This document shows positions 38,055 to 47,777 of a DNA stretch of 64,000 nucleotides, piece by piece. Source of the DNA: Clostridiales bacterium DTU072 (lineage in GTDB: Bacteria > Bacillota > Clostridia > Christensenellales > DTU072); contig LFSG01000052.1 in NCBI GenBank assembly GCA_001512685.1, positions 9,667 to 73,666 of the forward strand, given 5' to 3'. Each line of letters begins with the position of its first letter. The stretch's first letter is position 1. The position numbers were made by a program, and so were the translations under genes. Under the pieces are notes generated by a model, which worked only from the letters and a program-made list of their open reading frames with translations, did not search any database and was not told the DNA's origin.

Positions 38055-41000
38055 TTAATTATTTACCACGCAATAGACCGTAATCTTTGAGCGTTTTTTA
38101 TCCTGCAATATTATGCCTTCCTCGCCGACGGGCACGCCGTCAAGCAAAATCTTGTTTTCCTTTCCCTCCACATAATCTATCACATATTCCGATTGCATGT
38201 ATCGGTAAACAAGTTCGGAGCCCAACAGTTTCTTTGGCAAAGACGGTTGAATTATTAATCTGTTGTTCTTCTTTTTCAAACCGTAAAACTCCTCAACTAT
38301 CAGCCTGTAAGCCCAAGCCGCGCTTCCCGTGTACCAGCTCCACCCCATTCTGCCTTTATTGTCAATATTGGAATACACGTCTCCCGAAAGCACAAACGGT
38401 TCGCCTTTATAAGCGGCATTATTTTCCTTCAAACGACACTTTTCCACGGGATTAATCATTTGAAAAAGCTCAAACGCTCTTTCCGTCATGCCCATTTTGA
38501 TTAACGCCATTATATACCACATAGCGGCATGAGTGTATTGTCCGCCGTTTTCTCGTATTCCCTGTGGATACGACGAAATATAACCCAAATAATTTTCTTT
38601 GGTCAAAGGCGGCGAAAGCAATTTTATGATGCCCGTATTGTCGTCCACAAGCGCGCTTGCGGCGTTAAGGGCGCTTTTTGCTTTATCCTCATCGGCGATT
38701 CCGTATAATACCGAAAAGCTTTGAGCCACAAGATCTATGGTATATTGCGGAGAGCTTTTGGCTCCCAGCCATTTGCCGTCATCGGTATATAGCCGCTTAT
38801 ATTGGCCGTCTTCATAACAATAACGGTTAATGTTATCTTTCAGCTTATCCGCCACCTGTCGGAAAAAGCTCTTTGTCTCATCGTCGCAATGGGGCAAAAA
38901 CCTCATAATAACATCATAACAAAACATGGACAAAGCCACGCTTTCGCCTTTGCCTTCAATGCCCGCATGGTCAAGTCCGTCATTCCAATCGCCTCCGCCC
39001 AACAGCAATAAATTATGTTCGCCAAAACGCAAACTGCTTTTTATTGCCCTGATGCAATGATTGCGTATGCTGTCTTTATAATCGGTATGGGGAGGGTCTT
39101 CCAGTCGGGATTCTTCATTTTCATTCAATACCGGAGATTTAAGATATTCAATTTCGGTGTCCAGCAAAGCATAATCTCCGGTATACTCCACATATATGCT
39201 TACCGCGTACGGCAAATAAAGCTTATCGTCAGATATTCTTGTTCTTATGCCGAATTTCGGATGATGCCACCAATGCATCACATCCCCTTCTTCATATTGA
39301 TGGGCGGCCGAATAGAGTATTTGATGTTTGGTTATTTCAGGCTTTGCGTGCAAAAATGCCAAACTGTCCTGCAACTGATCCCTAAACCCTGTCGCTCCTC
39401 CCGTTTGATAATAACCGCATTTTCCGCATATTCTGCTGCTATAGACCTGATAAAGCAAAGCGTTGCCCAGATAATTCAAGCTTTTAACGGGACTTTTGAT
39501 TTTGATATTGTCTATATTTTCAAACTTAGCAATACTTTCATCTTTTGCCTTAATTATTTCTTCCGCGGTTAATGAATTAAGAAGCACTATGTCTTTTGAC
39601 ACCGCGATATAGATTCTGCAAGGGAATTTATTAAGCTGAATATTAAAATAAGGCGTTTCTTCATTGTGAAAATCATCCAAGCTGACCGCTCCGCCGTTAT
39701 CATACAAGACTTTTATATGACAAGCTTGATTGTTATACAGATTATAAATGGAAATTATGTCGTCTCCGCTATCTATGGCTATAAAATCTCTGTTGATTTT
39801 CCATTTCAAAGCGGGATAAAATGTATAAATCAATTCGCTGTCAACCAAAGTTTCGCCGTGCGTGTTAATTGTTATTTCGCACATCTTGGCCCTTCCCTCA
39901 TAGATAATATAATTGCTTACGCAGCAGCTGTAATTGTCCAAACGGCAATAATGGCTCAATATTCCTTTTTTGTATATAGTCTTATGGTTTTGGCCGCTTC
40001 CGCCGTTAATGCGATAATAATTCATATTATCTTTAATGAGCACATATTCAAAGGGTTCGTCTTTTACGGGGTCAAAATCAAATCTTGAAGTCTTATATTC
40101 TCTGGAATTGTCAAAATAAAAGAATCCTCCGCCGTTTTCGGTAATAACCATGCCGCCGTTTTTATCGCAAATAACGTTGCTGTATGGAAGATACGGTTTT
40201 TCGCTGAGAATATAGCCCTCGTCGCAATAAAATCCGCTGCCGCTCAGCAAACTGCTTATATGGCAATTTTCTTCGTCGTCGATTTTGTAAGCGGACTCTA
40301 AGCCTTGTACTTCAATATTTCTTAAAATATTATTCAATGGTTTAATTTCATTACAGTTTAATTCGGCGTCCAATACGATATAAGCGAACTCAAAAAGAAA
40401 TGCTAGGCCCTTATTCTTTTCCACTAAAATATAATCGGCGATATAATTCTTTTTCAGCTGTTCGGCAATATGGTTTTTTTGCGTTTCCTTAAAGTTTTCC
40501 GAATAATACACAATTAGCCGTATATCAATCCCCGCCTTCTTCCATGCCCTTATAGCGTTTAATAATTCCACAAAATACTGATTCTTCGTATCGTCATATA
40601 AATAAAGTATAGATTTTTTAAGATTGGTAATTTCATAAAATTGTTTTTGCAATCGATTTTTCCACACATATAGCAAAGTTTTATTGCTGTAAGGAATATA
40701 CAGCAGTTGTCCTAACAGTTTATTTGTCAGAAGCGGACAAGGCAGCTTTGTCCTTGACGATTCTTTGGCGAAGCTGTAAAAATCGTCGGGCAGCATTCTT
40801 ATCGCGGAATATAATTCCTCTAAGCTGTGAGCTATTATCGTTATTAATTGACATTCCCTTTCTTCGGTCGCGAATGTTCCGATAAACCCGACCGCGGGTT
40901 CCAGCACATCCCCCAAAGACGGATACTCGGTCGCCATGTTTTCATTGGTAAAAAAGACAGGTTTTTTTTCGCTGCCGTTTCTTCCCAGCAAATTAAACCT

Positions 41001-44000
41001 GTTAGTTTCAACTTTAATATCGGTCAAACCTCTTATCACAAACCCCGCATAAATGTCTCCGTCTTTTTTCATTGACCTTTTATGCATGATTATGGTTTTA
41101 TATTCTTCGTCATACATGCTTTCCACGAACATATTGTTAAAAACGGGGTGCGCGTTAAAGGAATCATATGAGCTCAAAGCTATATCCATATAATATCCCA
41201 CTTTGAAATCGTTAAGGCTTTCATTCTTGACACTTAATCTTCTTACTTCGGCGTTTAATCCGTCAGCCATGCAAATATCTTCTTTAATTCCCCATTTCAA
41301 ATTCTGCATGGTAATTTCAACATCCGAAAATGTAACGTTATAATCGTTTATATCTCTGCATAATGGATAATACGAAGGGCTGTAAAGATTGTTTTCATTG
41401 TCGATTAAATAAAAATATCCGCCATTGGGCCGATCGTACGCCCTTCTGTAAGCGTTGACATAAATATCGTTATATTTGATAAAATTATTGCCCAGCGTAT
41501 CCACGCAAACGCTCATTGTGCCATTAATCAAAATGGCGGCTTTGCCGTTATACTCGATTTTCGTAATGTTTTCAAAATATTCTTTATGCTGCTGCAATTT
41601 TCTGAAATTATCATTAACTTTCTTTATGCCGTAAGAAAATTCGCTTTTTAACTCATTTAAGAGCTTCATGGCTCCTCTGATGCAAGGATTGTCTTCTATC
41701 AGCTCGCAAAAAATATCGTTTTCCAAGGCATTCGCTATTGCCATCAAAATCATACCTTGGTGGTGGGTCATATGCGACCTTATTATTCTAATTCGCCCGT
41801 CGCAATCAATGGCTTCATAAAAGCCGTAATCGCCCAAAGCGCCCATTTTGTCTATTCTGTGCAAATTGAGCAAGGCTTCCTTTTTTAGATATCTCAAAGC
41901 AAGCGCTGAGCTGTATGGCGACACCAAGCCTTTATCCAAATCATTTTTTAAGGAAAGCTTATTCAATCCGAACGCGTAATACTGATACCGCAATTCTTCG
42001 TCAAAAGCGTAATATCCGCTTTCGCTGACGCCCCAAATACCTTTGAAGCGGGTGTTCGATTGCAGCAGCGCGGCGTTTTTTGAGCTTGTATACAATAAAG
42101 AGAATTTAGGCGGTCTGATAAAATGGTCGCTCAAAAGGTATTCAAACATGGTGCCGCTCCAAGACAATAAGGTATTGCCGTACAGCGGCGTATAATCTCT
42201 TTGCAGTTTTCTCCAGTGCTCCACTCTGCTGGTTTGGGCAATGAATATCAAGCCCATTAGTCTTGATTCGGATTCCAATAGGTCATAATGCCCCGTGAAC
42301 TCTCTGGCGTTTTCATCGTATCCGATATAGAATTGCCCTTTGGAATAATCATATAAAGCTTCCAAATCGGTATTATCTATCAATTTACAGGCAAGCTCAT
42401 GTCCGCTTTTGTCTCCCAATCGCTTAAGAAAAGATTTTGTAATTAACAAACAAGCCAAAAGATTTCCGCTGTCCACGCTGGATACAAATCTGTTACGGGG
42501 CTGAAAGGTATCGATTGCGTACCAGTTATACAGGTTTCCATGCCATTTGGGCATGATGTTTACGCTCTGCAAACGATTTTTTATATTTTTCAATACCGTA
42601 TCCTTATCAATAAAGCCAAGATAATAAGCCGCTATATCCGCGATAAAAGTAAATCCGATATTGGTGGGAGAAGTGCTTAAGGCTTGTCCCTTATACGGTT
42701 TAATTTGAAAATTGTCGCCTATTATGCCCGACGGCATGTTCATGAGCTGAAAATATTTATATGTTTTTTCGGCATATAATCGCAATTTATTTTTTTCTGC
42801 TTCAGTGTATTTGTATTCGTCAAAGGGCTTGCCTTTATAAAACAGCGATAATTGATAAACATAAGACGCCAATCCGTAAATGAAAAAATAAAGCGGGTCA
42901 ACGCCTATCAGCATTAATATCAACCCAAATAACGCAACAAAAACAATTGTATAAGTAAATTCTCTTACATATGCCGAAAAATCCCTTTGCTTTTGCTGAT
43001 GATAATAAGTCTTCCATTCCAAAAGATTGCCTTTTGTGGCCATCTTATATGCGGTGCCGACAAACAGCGCTAAATTGCCAAGGGCATAATAAGGCAGCAT
43101 AAACACATCTTCAATTAAATTTTTCAAGTTTTCCAAAGATTTTTGCCCTATATACCGCATGCGTAAATTGTCTTTAAGCCCCTGCAATATGGCGAATTGA
43201 TTAATGACATACGGAGCTATTATTATTGCCCCCACCAGCGGCCATAAAGCGGGATTCGCTATCAAAGCCAGCAGCGCCAACGCCAGAATAAAGGTCTCTC
43301 TGAGCGAGCTTAAAGCGTTTTTCAATATCAAATGTTTATAAAAACAACTCATTTTTGAGCGATATACCTGCTTTTGGTCGTTTTTCCATTTGCTGAACAT
43401 AAACGGCAATAACTGTATGTCGCCCCGTATCCACCTTTTGCGTCGCTCTCTTTCGGCAAGAAAGCTTGAAGGCGCGTCTTCAAAAATCGTGGCTCCGCTG
43501 CCCGTACTGAGTATGGCTCCCTCAAGGATATCGTGGGACAAAATCTTTTTTGAAGGAAAAATGCCTTCTAATTTATTATGAAAAGCTTTAAGCCTGTAAA
43601 TGCCTTTGCCGCAAAAAATATCCTTGCCCAGCAAATTATAATAAAACCCCGAATACATAGGATAGGCGTTTACTCCCGCAAGCGATAAAAACCTTTTGGC
43701 AAATCGAGTATTGACGGAAAAAAGATTGTATCTGCTATGGGCGTTTATTAAATCATACTTTGCGTTGTACGGATGCGTAATAATATTTATCATGTCTTTT
43801 ATTGTTCCCGTAATAACGGTATTATCCGAATCCAAGGTCATGATAAAAACGGGTTTTTTATGTTCTTTATTAAGTATGAAGGCGAATTCATCGTCTTTAC
43901 CGCTGATTAAATAACGGTTAAGCGCCATAATCGCCCCTCTCTTTCTTTCATGCCCCGAATATTTTTTGCCGTCAAAAGTCCTTTTTCGCAAAAATACATT

Positions 44001-45500
44001 GCAGTTTTCATGGTTTTTCAAAGCTGAAAATTCCGCAATCAATTCTTCGTCGTCTTCATGAATTTCGGTATCGCTCTTTTTGAAATCGACAAGCAAAGCG
44101 AACTGTATATTTTCGTCGACATTGCTTTCTCTCAGCTCAATAAGATGATTTATGGCTTCTTGCGCCTGCTCTCGGCTGGAAATAAATTCAGACACCACCA
44201 CCATAGTGTTGTATTCGTTTGGAATCTTTTGATAATTCATTTGGGGCAGCGTCCTTTGCGGAATATATGAATTTATGACATTGTTCAGCAAATATTCGGA
44301 TATAAGAAAAATCGGTATGATTGATATAAGCGCCGCAGCAAGGCTGTTAAGCCACAGCCATACGCCCAAAGTTAAGACAACGGTAAGCGCCGTTAAGCTA
44401 AGTATATACCATTTATCCACTCTTAAGGTATCCCTGCATTTTATCCTGAATGTTTCTCCTGACTTGACCGCTTTTTGCAAACAAGCCGCGTAATCATAAA
44501 GCACGGTGCCTATGTCCATGTTGTTGGCGCTTGCCACTTCCAAAAGCTTTTTTGCGGTAAGTACCTCGCTTATATTGATTTTGTCGCTTATCCTTTCAAT
44601 TACCTTAAAATATGACAACTTTGTTTCCAAATTCATATTTTTATAGCCTTCGTCCTCTTTCAATATGGCGTCGGCGTTATGAAAATCAAGAGCCCTTTCT
44701 CTGGGCATAAACTGTCCTGCGTTCATTAACGAAACAAACAGGCTTTCAGCCATTTTAGTGCTTTCCGTCAAAGATATATTGTAATTAAAAACTATGGAGC
44801 GGGGCTGTATGCCTATTTTATCGAGCAATTCCGTTGTCTGCTTCTTTACTTTTTCATTTTTGAGCAAATAGTAATTATATATGTCGCTTGCCATTCTTTT
44901 GCGGCTGATATATCCGCTTTGGGCAAGGGCTTTGCATTTATTGTGAAATAATATTCTTTGCGCGAGTATATATATTTGTTCTATGATGGCGTAGCATAAG
45001 GCGTCGTTAAAAGAGGTTATTTCTTCAAAGCACAAAGATACCTCATTCTGTATCATTTTCATGGCAAGCTGCACTCTTTTCTCATCCAGGCATGACAAAG
45101 AATTGTTGACAATAAACCTTGCCAGCGATATTATCCTGACTTCGCCGTTTATGTGGGGCAAATTCTTGAAACCCGTCCTCTTGTGAGAATATATAAATCT
45201 TTTGAGAAGGTATAAATTTTGATATAACCATTTTTCATGCTCAAAAAGCGCCACATTGGTGCGGGCCTTTTTTTCGGTTTGCTTATAAGCTCTATAAATA
45301 ACGGGATACAAAGAAGATATGTTATATCCTCTTCCGTATTCCGTAACTCTCATTTGTCTTGCGAAAGGTAAAATGGCCTTAACAAAATCATCGTCGCCAA
45401 GCTTTATTAATTGTTTGATTTCGGGTTTTTTTATGGATGAAATATAGGCTATAATCAACAAAATTATGATGTTGGCGGCAATAATGATCGTATATATCAT
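38055..45500 (-). CDS. Cyclic beta-1,2-glucan synthase-like multidomain membrane protein (GT84 glycosyltransferase + TM region + alpha-barrel middle region + GH94 phosphorylase-like domain), 2,481 aa
   Basis: There is an N-terminal TM helix. The GT region has MTLDSDN (43821-43841) and RWIRGDIQLLPF (~43400-43437), followed by several TM helices. The C-terminal GH94 hallmarks are FRDQLQD (~39366-39386), MHWWHH, GGGDWNDGL (38972-38999) and ENGGQYTHAAMW. Confidence 0.8.
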   Translation of the reverse strand: MIYTIIIAANIIILLIIAYISSIKKPEIKQLIKLGDDDFVKAILPFARQMRVTEYGRGYNISSLYPVIYRAYKQTEKKARTNVALFEHEKWLYQNLYLLKRFIYSHKRTGFKNLPHINGEVRIISLARFIVNNSLSCLDEKRVQLAMKMIQNEVSLCFEEITSFNDALCYAIIEQIYILAQRILFHNKCKALAQSGYISRKRMASDIYNYYLLKNEKVKKQTTELLDKIGIQPRSIVFNYNISLTESTKMAESLFVSLMNAGQFMPRERALDFHNADAILKEDEGYKNMNLETKLSYFKVIERISDKINISEVLTAKKLLEVASANNMDIGTVLYDYAACLQKAVKSGETFRIKCRDTLRVDKWYILSLTALTVVLTLGVWLWLNSLAAALISIIPIFLISEYLLNNVINSYIPQRTLPQMNYQKIPNEYNTMVVVSEFISSREQAQEAINHLIELRESNVDENIQFALLVDFKKSDTEIHEDDEELIAEFSALKNHENCNVFLRKRTFDGKKYSGHERKRGAIMALNRYLISGKDDEFAFILNKEHKKPVFIMTLDSDNTVITGTIKDMINIITHPYNAKYDLINAHSRYNLFSVNTRFAKRFLSLAGVNAYPMYSGFYYNLLGKDIFCGKGIYRLKAFHNKLEGIFPSKKILSHDILEGAILSTGSGATIFEDAPSSFLAERERRKRWIRGDIQLLPFMFSKWKNDQKQVYRSKMSCFYKHLILKNALSSLRETFILALALLALIANPALWPLVGAIIIAPYVINQFAILQGLKDNLRMRYIGQKSLENLKNLIEDVFMLPYYALGNLALFVGTAYKMATKGNLLEWKTYYHQQKQRDFSAYVREFTYTIVFVALFGLILMLIGVDPLYFFIYGLASYVYQLSLFYKGKPFDEYKYTEAEKNKLRLYAEKTYKYFQLMNMPSGIIGDNFQIKPYKGQALSTSPTNIGFTFIADIAAYYLGFIDKDTVLKNIKNRLQSVNIMPKWHGNLYNWYAIDTFQPRNRFVSSVDSGNLLACLLITKSFLKRLGDKSGHELACKLIDNTDLEALYDYSKGQFYIGYDENAREFTGHYDLLESESRLMGLIFIAQTSRVEHWRKLQRDYTPLYGNTLLSWSGTMFEYLLSDHFIRPPKFSLLYTSSKNAALLQSNTRFKGIWGVSESGYYAFDEELRYQYYAFGLNKLSLKNDLDKGLVSPYSSALALRYLKKEALLNLHRIDKMGALGDYGFYEAIDCDGRIRIIRSHMTHHQGMILMAIANALENDIFCELIEDNPCIRGAMKLLNELKSEFSYGIKKVNDNFRKLQQHKEYFENITKIEYNGKAAILINGTMSVCVDTLGNNFIKYNDIYVNAYRRAYDRPNGGYFYLIDNENNLYSPSYYPLCRDINDYNVTFSDVEITMQNLKWGIKEDICMADGLNAEVRRLSVKNESLNDFKVGYYMDIALSSYDSFNAHPVFNNMFVESMYDEEYKTIIMHKRSMKKDGDIYAGFVIRGLTDIKVETNRFNLLGRNGSEKKPVFFTNENMATEYPSLGDVLEPAVGFIGTFATEERECQLITIIAHSLEELYSAIRMLPDDFYSFAKESSRTKLPCPLLTNKLLGQLLYIPYSNKTLLYVWKNRLQKQFYEITNLKKSILYLYDDTKNQYFVELLNAIRAWKKAGIDIRLIVYYSENFKETQKNHIAEQLKKNYIADYILVEKNKGLAFLFEFAYIVLDAELNCNEIKPLNNILRNIEVQGLESAYKIDDEENCHISSLLSGSGFYCDEGYILSEKPYLPYSNVICDKNGGMVITENGGGFFYFDNSREYKTSRFDFDPVKDEPFEYVLIKDNMNYYRINGGSGQNHKTIYKKGILSHYCRLDNYSCCVSNYIIYEGRAKMCEITINTHGETLVDSELIYTFYPALKWKINRDFIAIDSGDDIISIYNLYNNQACHIKVLYDNGGAVSLDDFHNEETPYFNIQLNKFPCRIYIAVSKDIVLLNSLTAEEIIKAKDESIAKFENIDNIKIKSPVKSLNYLGNALLYQVYSSRICGKCGYYQTGGATGFRDQLQDSLAFLHAKPEITKHQILYSAAHQYEEGDVMHWWHHPKFGIRTRISDDKLYLPYAVSIYVEYTGDYALLDTEIEYLKSPVLNENEESRLEDPPHTDYKDSIRNHCIRAIKSSLRFGEHNLLLLGGGDWNDGLDHAGIEGKGESVALSMFCYDVIMRFLPHCDDETKSFFRQVADKLKDNINRYCYEDGQYKRLYTDDGKWLGAKSSPQYTIDLVAQSFSVLYGIADEDKAKSALNAASALVDDNTGIIKLLSPPLTKENYLGYISSYPQGIRENGGQYTHAAMWYIMALIKMGMTERAFELFQMINPVEKCRLKENNAAYKGEPFVLSGDVYSNIDNKGRMGWSWYTGSAAWAYRLIVEEFYGLKKKNNRLIIQPSLPKKLLGSELVYRYMQSEYVIDYVEGKENKILLDGVPVGEEGIILQDKKRSKITVYCVVNN

Positions 45501-45558
45501 AAAAAACTCCTTTGCATATTATTACCACAATGATTTGACTTAAACAAACACATACCGC

Positions 45559-45587
45559 TTGCATAACGACATATAGTATGCTATTAT
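45559..45587 (+). promoter_or_regulatory. Candidate sigma-A promoter of rnpB
   Basis: The sequence reads TTGCAT-N17-TATTAT. The -10 element ends 7 nt before the first base of the RNase P P1 helix (45594). Confidence 0.55.
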
Positions 45588-45593
45588 TTTATC

Positions 45594-45920
45594 GAGTTAG
45601 TCGGGTGGTCGCATCGAAAGATGAGGAAAGTCCGAGCATCGCAGGGCAATGGTGGTGGGTAACGCCCACTGAAGGCGACTTTAAGGATAGTGCAACAGAA
45701 ACAAACCGCAAAGCCCTAAAGGCTTTGTAAGGGTGGAAAGGTGCGGTAAGAGCGCACCAGCAATTCGGCGACGAAATTGGCTGTGTAAACCCCATTTGAT
45801 GCAAGATACGGAATCATTAACGACGGCCCGTCGGATTCTAAGATATCGCTTGAGCGTATCGGCAACGATGCGCCTAGACAGATGACCATCCAAGACAGAA
45901 CTCGGCTTACAGACTAACTC
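45594..45920 (+). ncRNA. rnpB: RNase P RNA, bacterial type A
   Basis: P1 pairs GAGUUAGUC (5') with GACUAACUC (3'). The universal P4 strands GAGGAAAGUCCGAGC and ACAGAACUCGGCUUACAG are present. Type-A blocks alignable by eye to E. coli M1 are GGGUAACGCCCAC, AGUGCAACAGAAACAAACCGC, GUAAGGGUGGAAAGGUGCGGUAAGAGCGCACC, GCUUGAGC and GCCUAGACAGAUGAC. Confidence 0.93.
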
Positions 45921-45924
45921 AAAA

Positions 45925-45957
45925 AAAGAAACTACTTTTTCGGTAGTTTCTTTTTTT
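45925..45957 (+). terminator. Intrinsic terminator after rnpB
   Basis: The hairpin GAAACUAC-UUUUUCG-GUAGUUUC is followed by U7. An A-rich 5' flank could also make it work in the opposite direction. Confidence 0.7.
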
Positions 45958-46057
45958 ACGCCTTAACGCTTTGTTGCCAATATATTCATTTTCTTATCTT
46001 ATATTTCCTCAACTTTACCCATTATTCGTCATATATTATTTAGGAGGTGTCGCAAGC

Positions 46058-46762
46058 ATGGTCTTAGAAGGTTTTTTCACGCTGCTCAGCAACTTGTTAT
46101 TGCTGACGTCGCGTTTTGAAAGCAATAACTCTTTTCCCCATCCCCTATCCCCCGAGAAGGAAGAGGAATATCTTACCAAATTCAAAGAGAACGGCGACCT
46201 TGAAGCAAGAAACATTTTGATAAAGCACAATTTGCGGTTGGTAGTATTTATCGCCAAAAAATATGTCAATTACCCCGACAACGATGAATTGATAAGCATA
46301 GGAACGCTTGGGCTGATTAAAGCCATAAACTCTTATGACAAAAGCAAAGGCTCTCAGCTTGCCACATACGCTTCGCGCTGCATAGAAAACGAAATTCTGA
46401 TGACCATGCGCTCATATAAAAAATATTGCAAGGATATCTCTATTTTTGAAAATATCGGCACCGATAAAGACGGCAATGAAATGTCGCTGCTGGATTTATT
46501 ATATGTGGAAGAAGATTCGGTTTACAAAAAAATTGACGGCGAAATATTAAAGAAAAGCATAAGCGATTTAATGCGAAAATATCTAAACGAAAGAGAATAC
46601 GCCATACTTGTTTACCGTTTCGGCTTAAAAGACAAATACCCGCGTACCCAGCAATATGTCGCCGATAAATTGGGCATATCCCGCTCTTACATATCCAGAA
46701 TAGAAAAAAAGGCGCTGCTTAAATTAAGAAACGCCATCGCCAAAAACAATATCCAGTTTTAA
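46058..46762 (+). CDS. sigK: Pro-sigma-K, sporulation mother-cell sigma factor (uninterrupted, no skin-like insertion)
   Basis: 234 aa from ATG 46058, with a GGAGG RBS. The pro-peptide and junction MVLEGFFTLLSNLLLLTSRFESNNSFPHPLS match B. subtilis ...YVKNNAFPQPLS. The motifs NIGTDKDGNEMSLLDLL and ISRSYISRIEKKAL are also present. The ORF-track TTG start at 45971 is rejected. Confidence 0.88.
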   Translation: MVLEGFFTLLSNLLLLTSRFESNNSFPHPLSPEKEEEYLTKFKENGDLEARNILIKHNLRLVVFIAKKYVNYPDNDELISIGTLGLIKAINSYDKSKGSQLATYASRCIENEILMTMRSYKKYCKDISIFENIGTDKDGNEMSLLDLLYVEEDSVYKKIDGEILKKSISDLMRKYLNEREYAILVYRFGLKDKYPRTQQYVADKLGISRSYISRIEKKALLKLRNAIAKNNIQF

Positions 46763-46768
46763 TAAGTA

Positions 46769-47233
46769 TTAATTGAGATTTTTGCCCTTAAGAATGGAAT
46801 TTATTTCTTCAAGGAAGGTGTTTATGTCCTTAAATTCTCTGTGAACGGAAGCAAATCTGACATAAGCGACATCGTCCACTTCTTTTAACGCCGCCATAAC
46901 CATTTCGCCGATTTTTTTTGAGGTGATTTCCTGAACCAAAGAATTATTTACGGTTTTTTCGATATCGTTTACTATCTTATCTATGACGCTTGCGGGCACG
47001 GGTCTTTTTTCGCAAGCTTTAAGCAGACCGTTCTTAATTTTCGACGGGTCGAATATCTGCCTGTTGCCGTTATTCTTTATGACAAGCACAGGTGTAGATT
47101 CCACCTTTTCGTATGTGGTGAATCTTTTGCCGCAGCTGATACATTCTCTTCGCCGTCTTACGGTGTAGCCGTCTTCGCTGAGACGGGAATCGATAACCTT
47201 GCTGTCAATCCCGCCGCAATATACGCATTTCAT
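46769..47233 (-). CDS. nrdR: Transcriptional repressor NrdR
   Basis: 154 aa with a zinc ribbon (MKCVYCGG...CISCGKRFTTYE) plus an ATP-cone. Confidence 0.93.
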   Translation of the reverse strand: MKCVYCGGIDSKVIDSRLSEDGYTVRRRRECISCGKRFTTYEKVESTPVLVIKNNGNRQIFDPSKIKNGLLKACEKRPVPASVIDKIVNDIEKTVNNSLVQEITSKKIGEMVMAALKEVDDVAYVRFASVHREFKDINTFLEEINSILKGKNLN

Positions 47234-47365
47234 AATAACACCTCAATTGCTTATATTATACTTTAATCAAATCATAAAGTAAAGCAGGCATATTAATGAT
47301 GAGCCATTATCAAAACAAGTATAACGCTATATAGGCTTGAATAGAATAAATTATAGGTTTTTGTG

Positions 47366-47644
47366 ATGGACGGCTGCATAGATTTTACATTTTGTGAATT
47401 AAGAGAGCGGGAAGTAATTAACATAGCCGACGGCAAGCGCCTCGGACGCGTCATAGATATGGCTTTTGCCTGTTCGGGCAGAGTGGTGGGCATCGTTGTG
47501 CCCGGGGAAAGAAAACTGCTTAAGAATATCAGCGGATGTGAAAATATATTTATTCCATGGAAAAATGTAATAAAAATCGGCGATGATGTGATTTTGGTAA
47601 ATCTCTGCGGCGCCGTTCAAGACGGTTCATTAATAGTCAAATAA
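47366..47644 (+). CDS. YlmC/YmxH family sporulation protein (PRC-barrel)
   Basis: ~92 aa with CELREREVINIADGKRLGRVIDMAF...IPWKNVIKIGDDVILV, typical of YlmC/YmxH. A GTG at 47363 is an alternative start. Confidence 0.8.
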   Translation: MDGCIDFTFCELREREVINIADGKRLGRVIDMAFACSGRVVGIVVPGERKLLKNISGCENIFIPWKNVIKIGDDVILVNLCGAVQDGSLIVK

Positions 47645-47777
47645 TTATTTTTTTCTTCTAAATTTCCTTGCGATTTTGATTTTTATTTCTTAAACGTTAT
47701 CGCTAAAGCGTATAAATGTTTGTTTGTTGAAAATACTTATAGAGCCTCTTTGTTATACATAGGAGGACAAACTAAGT

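Noticed and set aside
45589-45893. Two minus-strand ORFs of 70-71 aa over the rnpB region.
   Set aside because: The region is unambiguously RNase P RNA (P1 and P4 pairing plus type-A conserved blocks). The ORFs are chance frames in a GC-richer structured RNA gene.
46020-46050. Sigma-K/E-like element upstream of sigK: AC-N16-CATATATTA.
   Set aside because: The sequence match is good, but the -10 element ends only ~3 nt before the GGAGG RBS. A transcript starting 6-8 nt downstream would lack the Shine-Dalgarno, so this is probably coincidental in AT-rich DNA.
47710-47739. Forespore-type (sigma-F/sigma-G) promoter-like motif upstream of sigG: GTATA followed 14-18 nt later by GAAAATACTTA.
   Set aside because: The -35 element fits GHATR. 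The -10 element matches neither GGnnAnAHTR nor CATxHTA at more than ~5 of 7-10 positions at any allowed spacing, which is too weak to annotate without a PWM score or TSS data.
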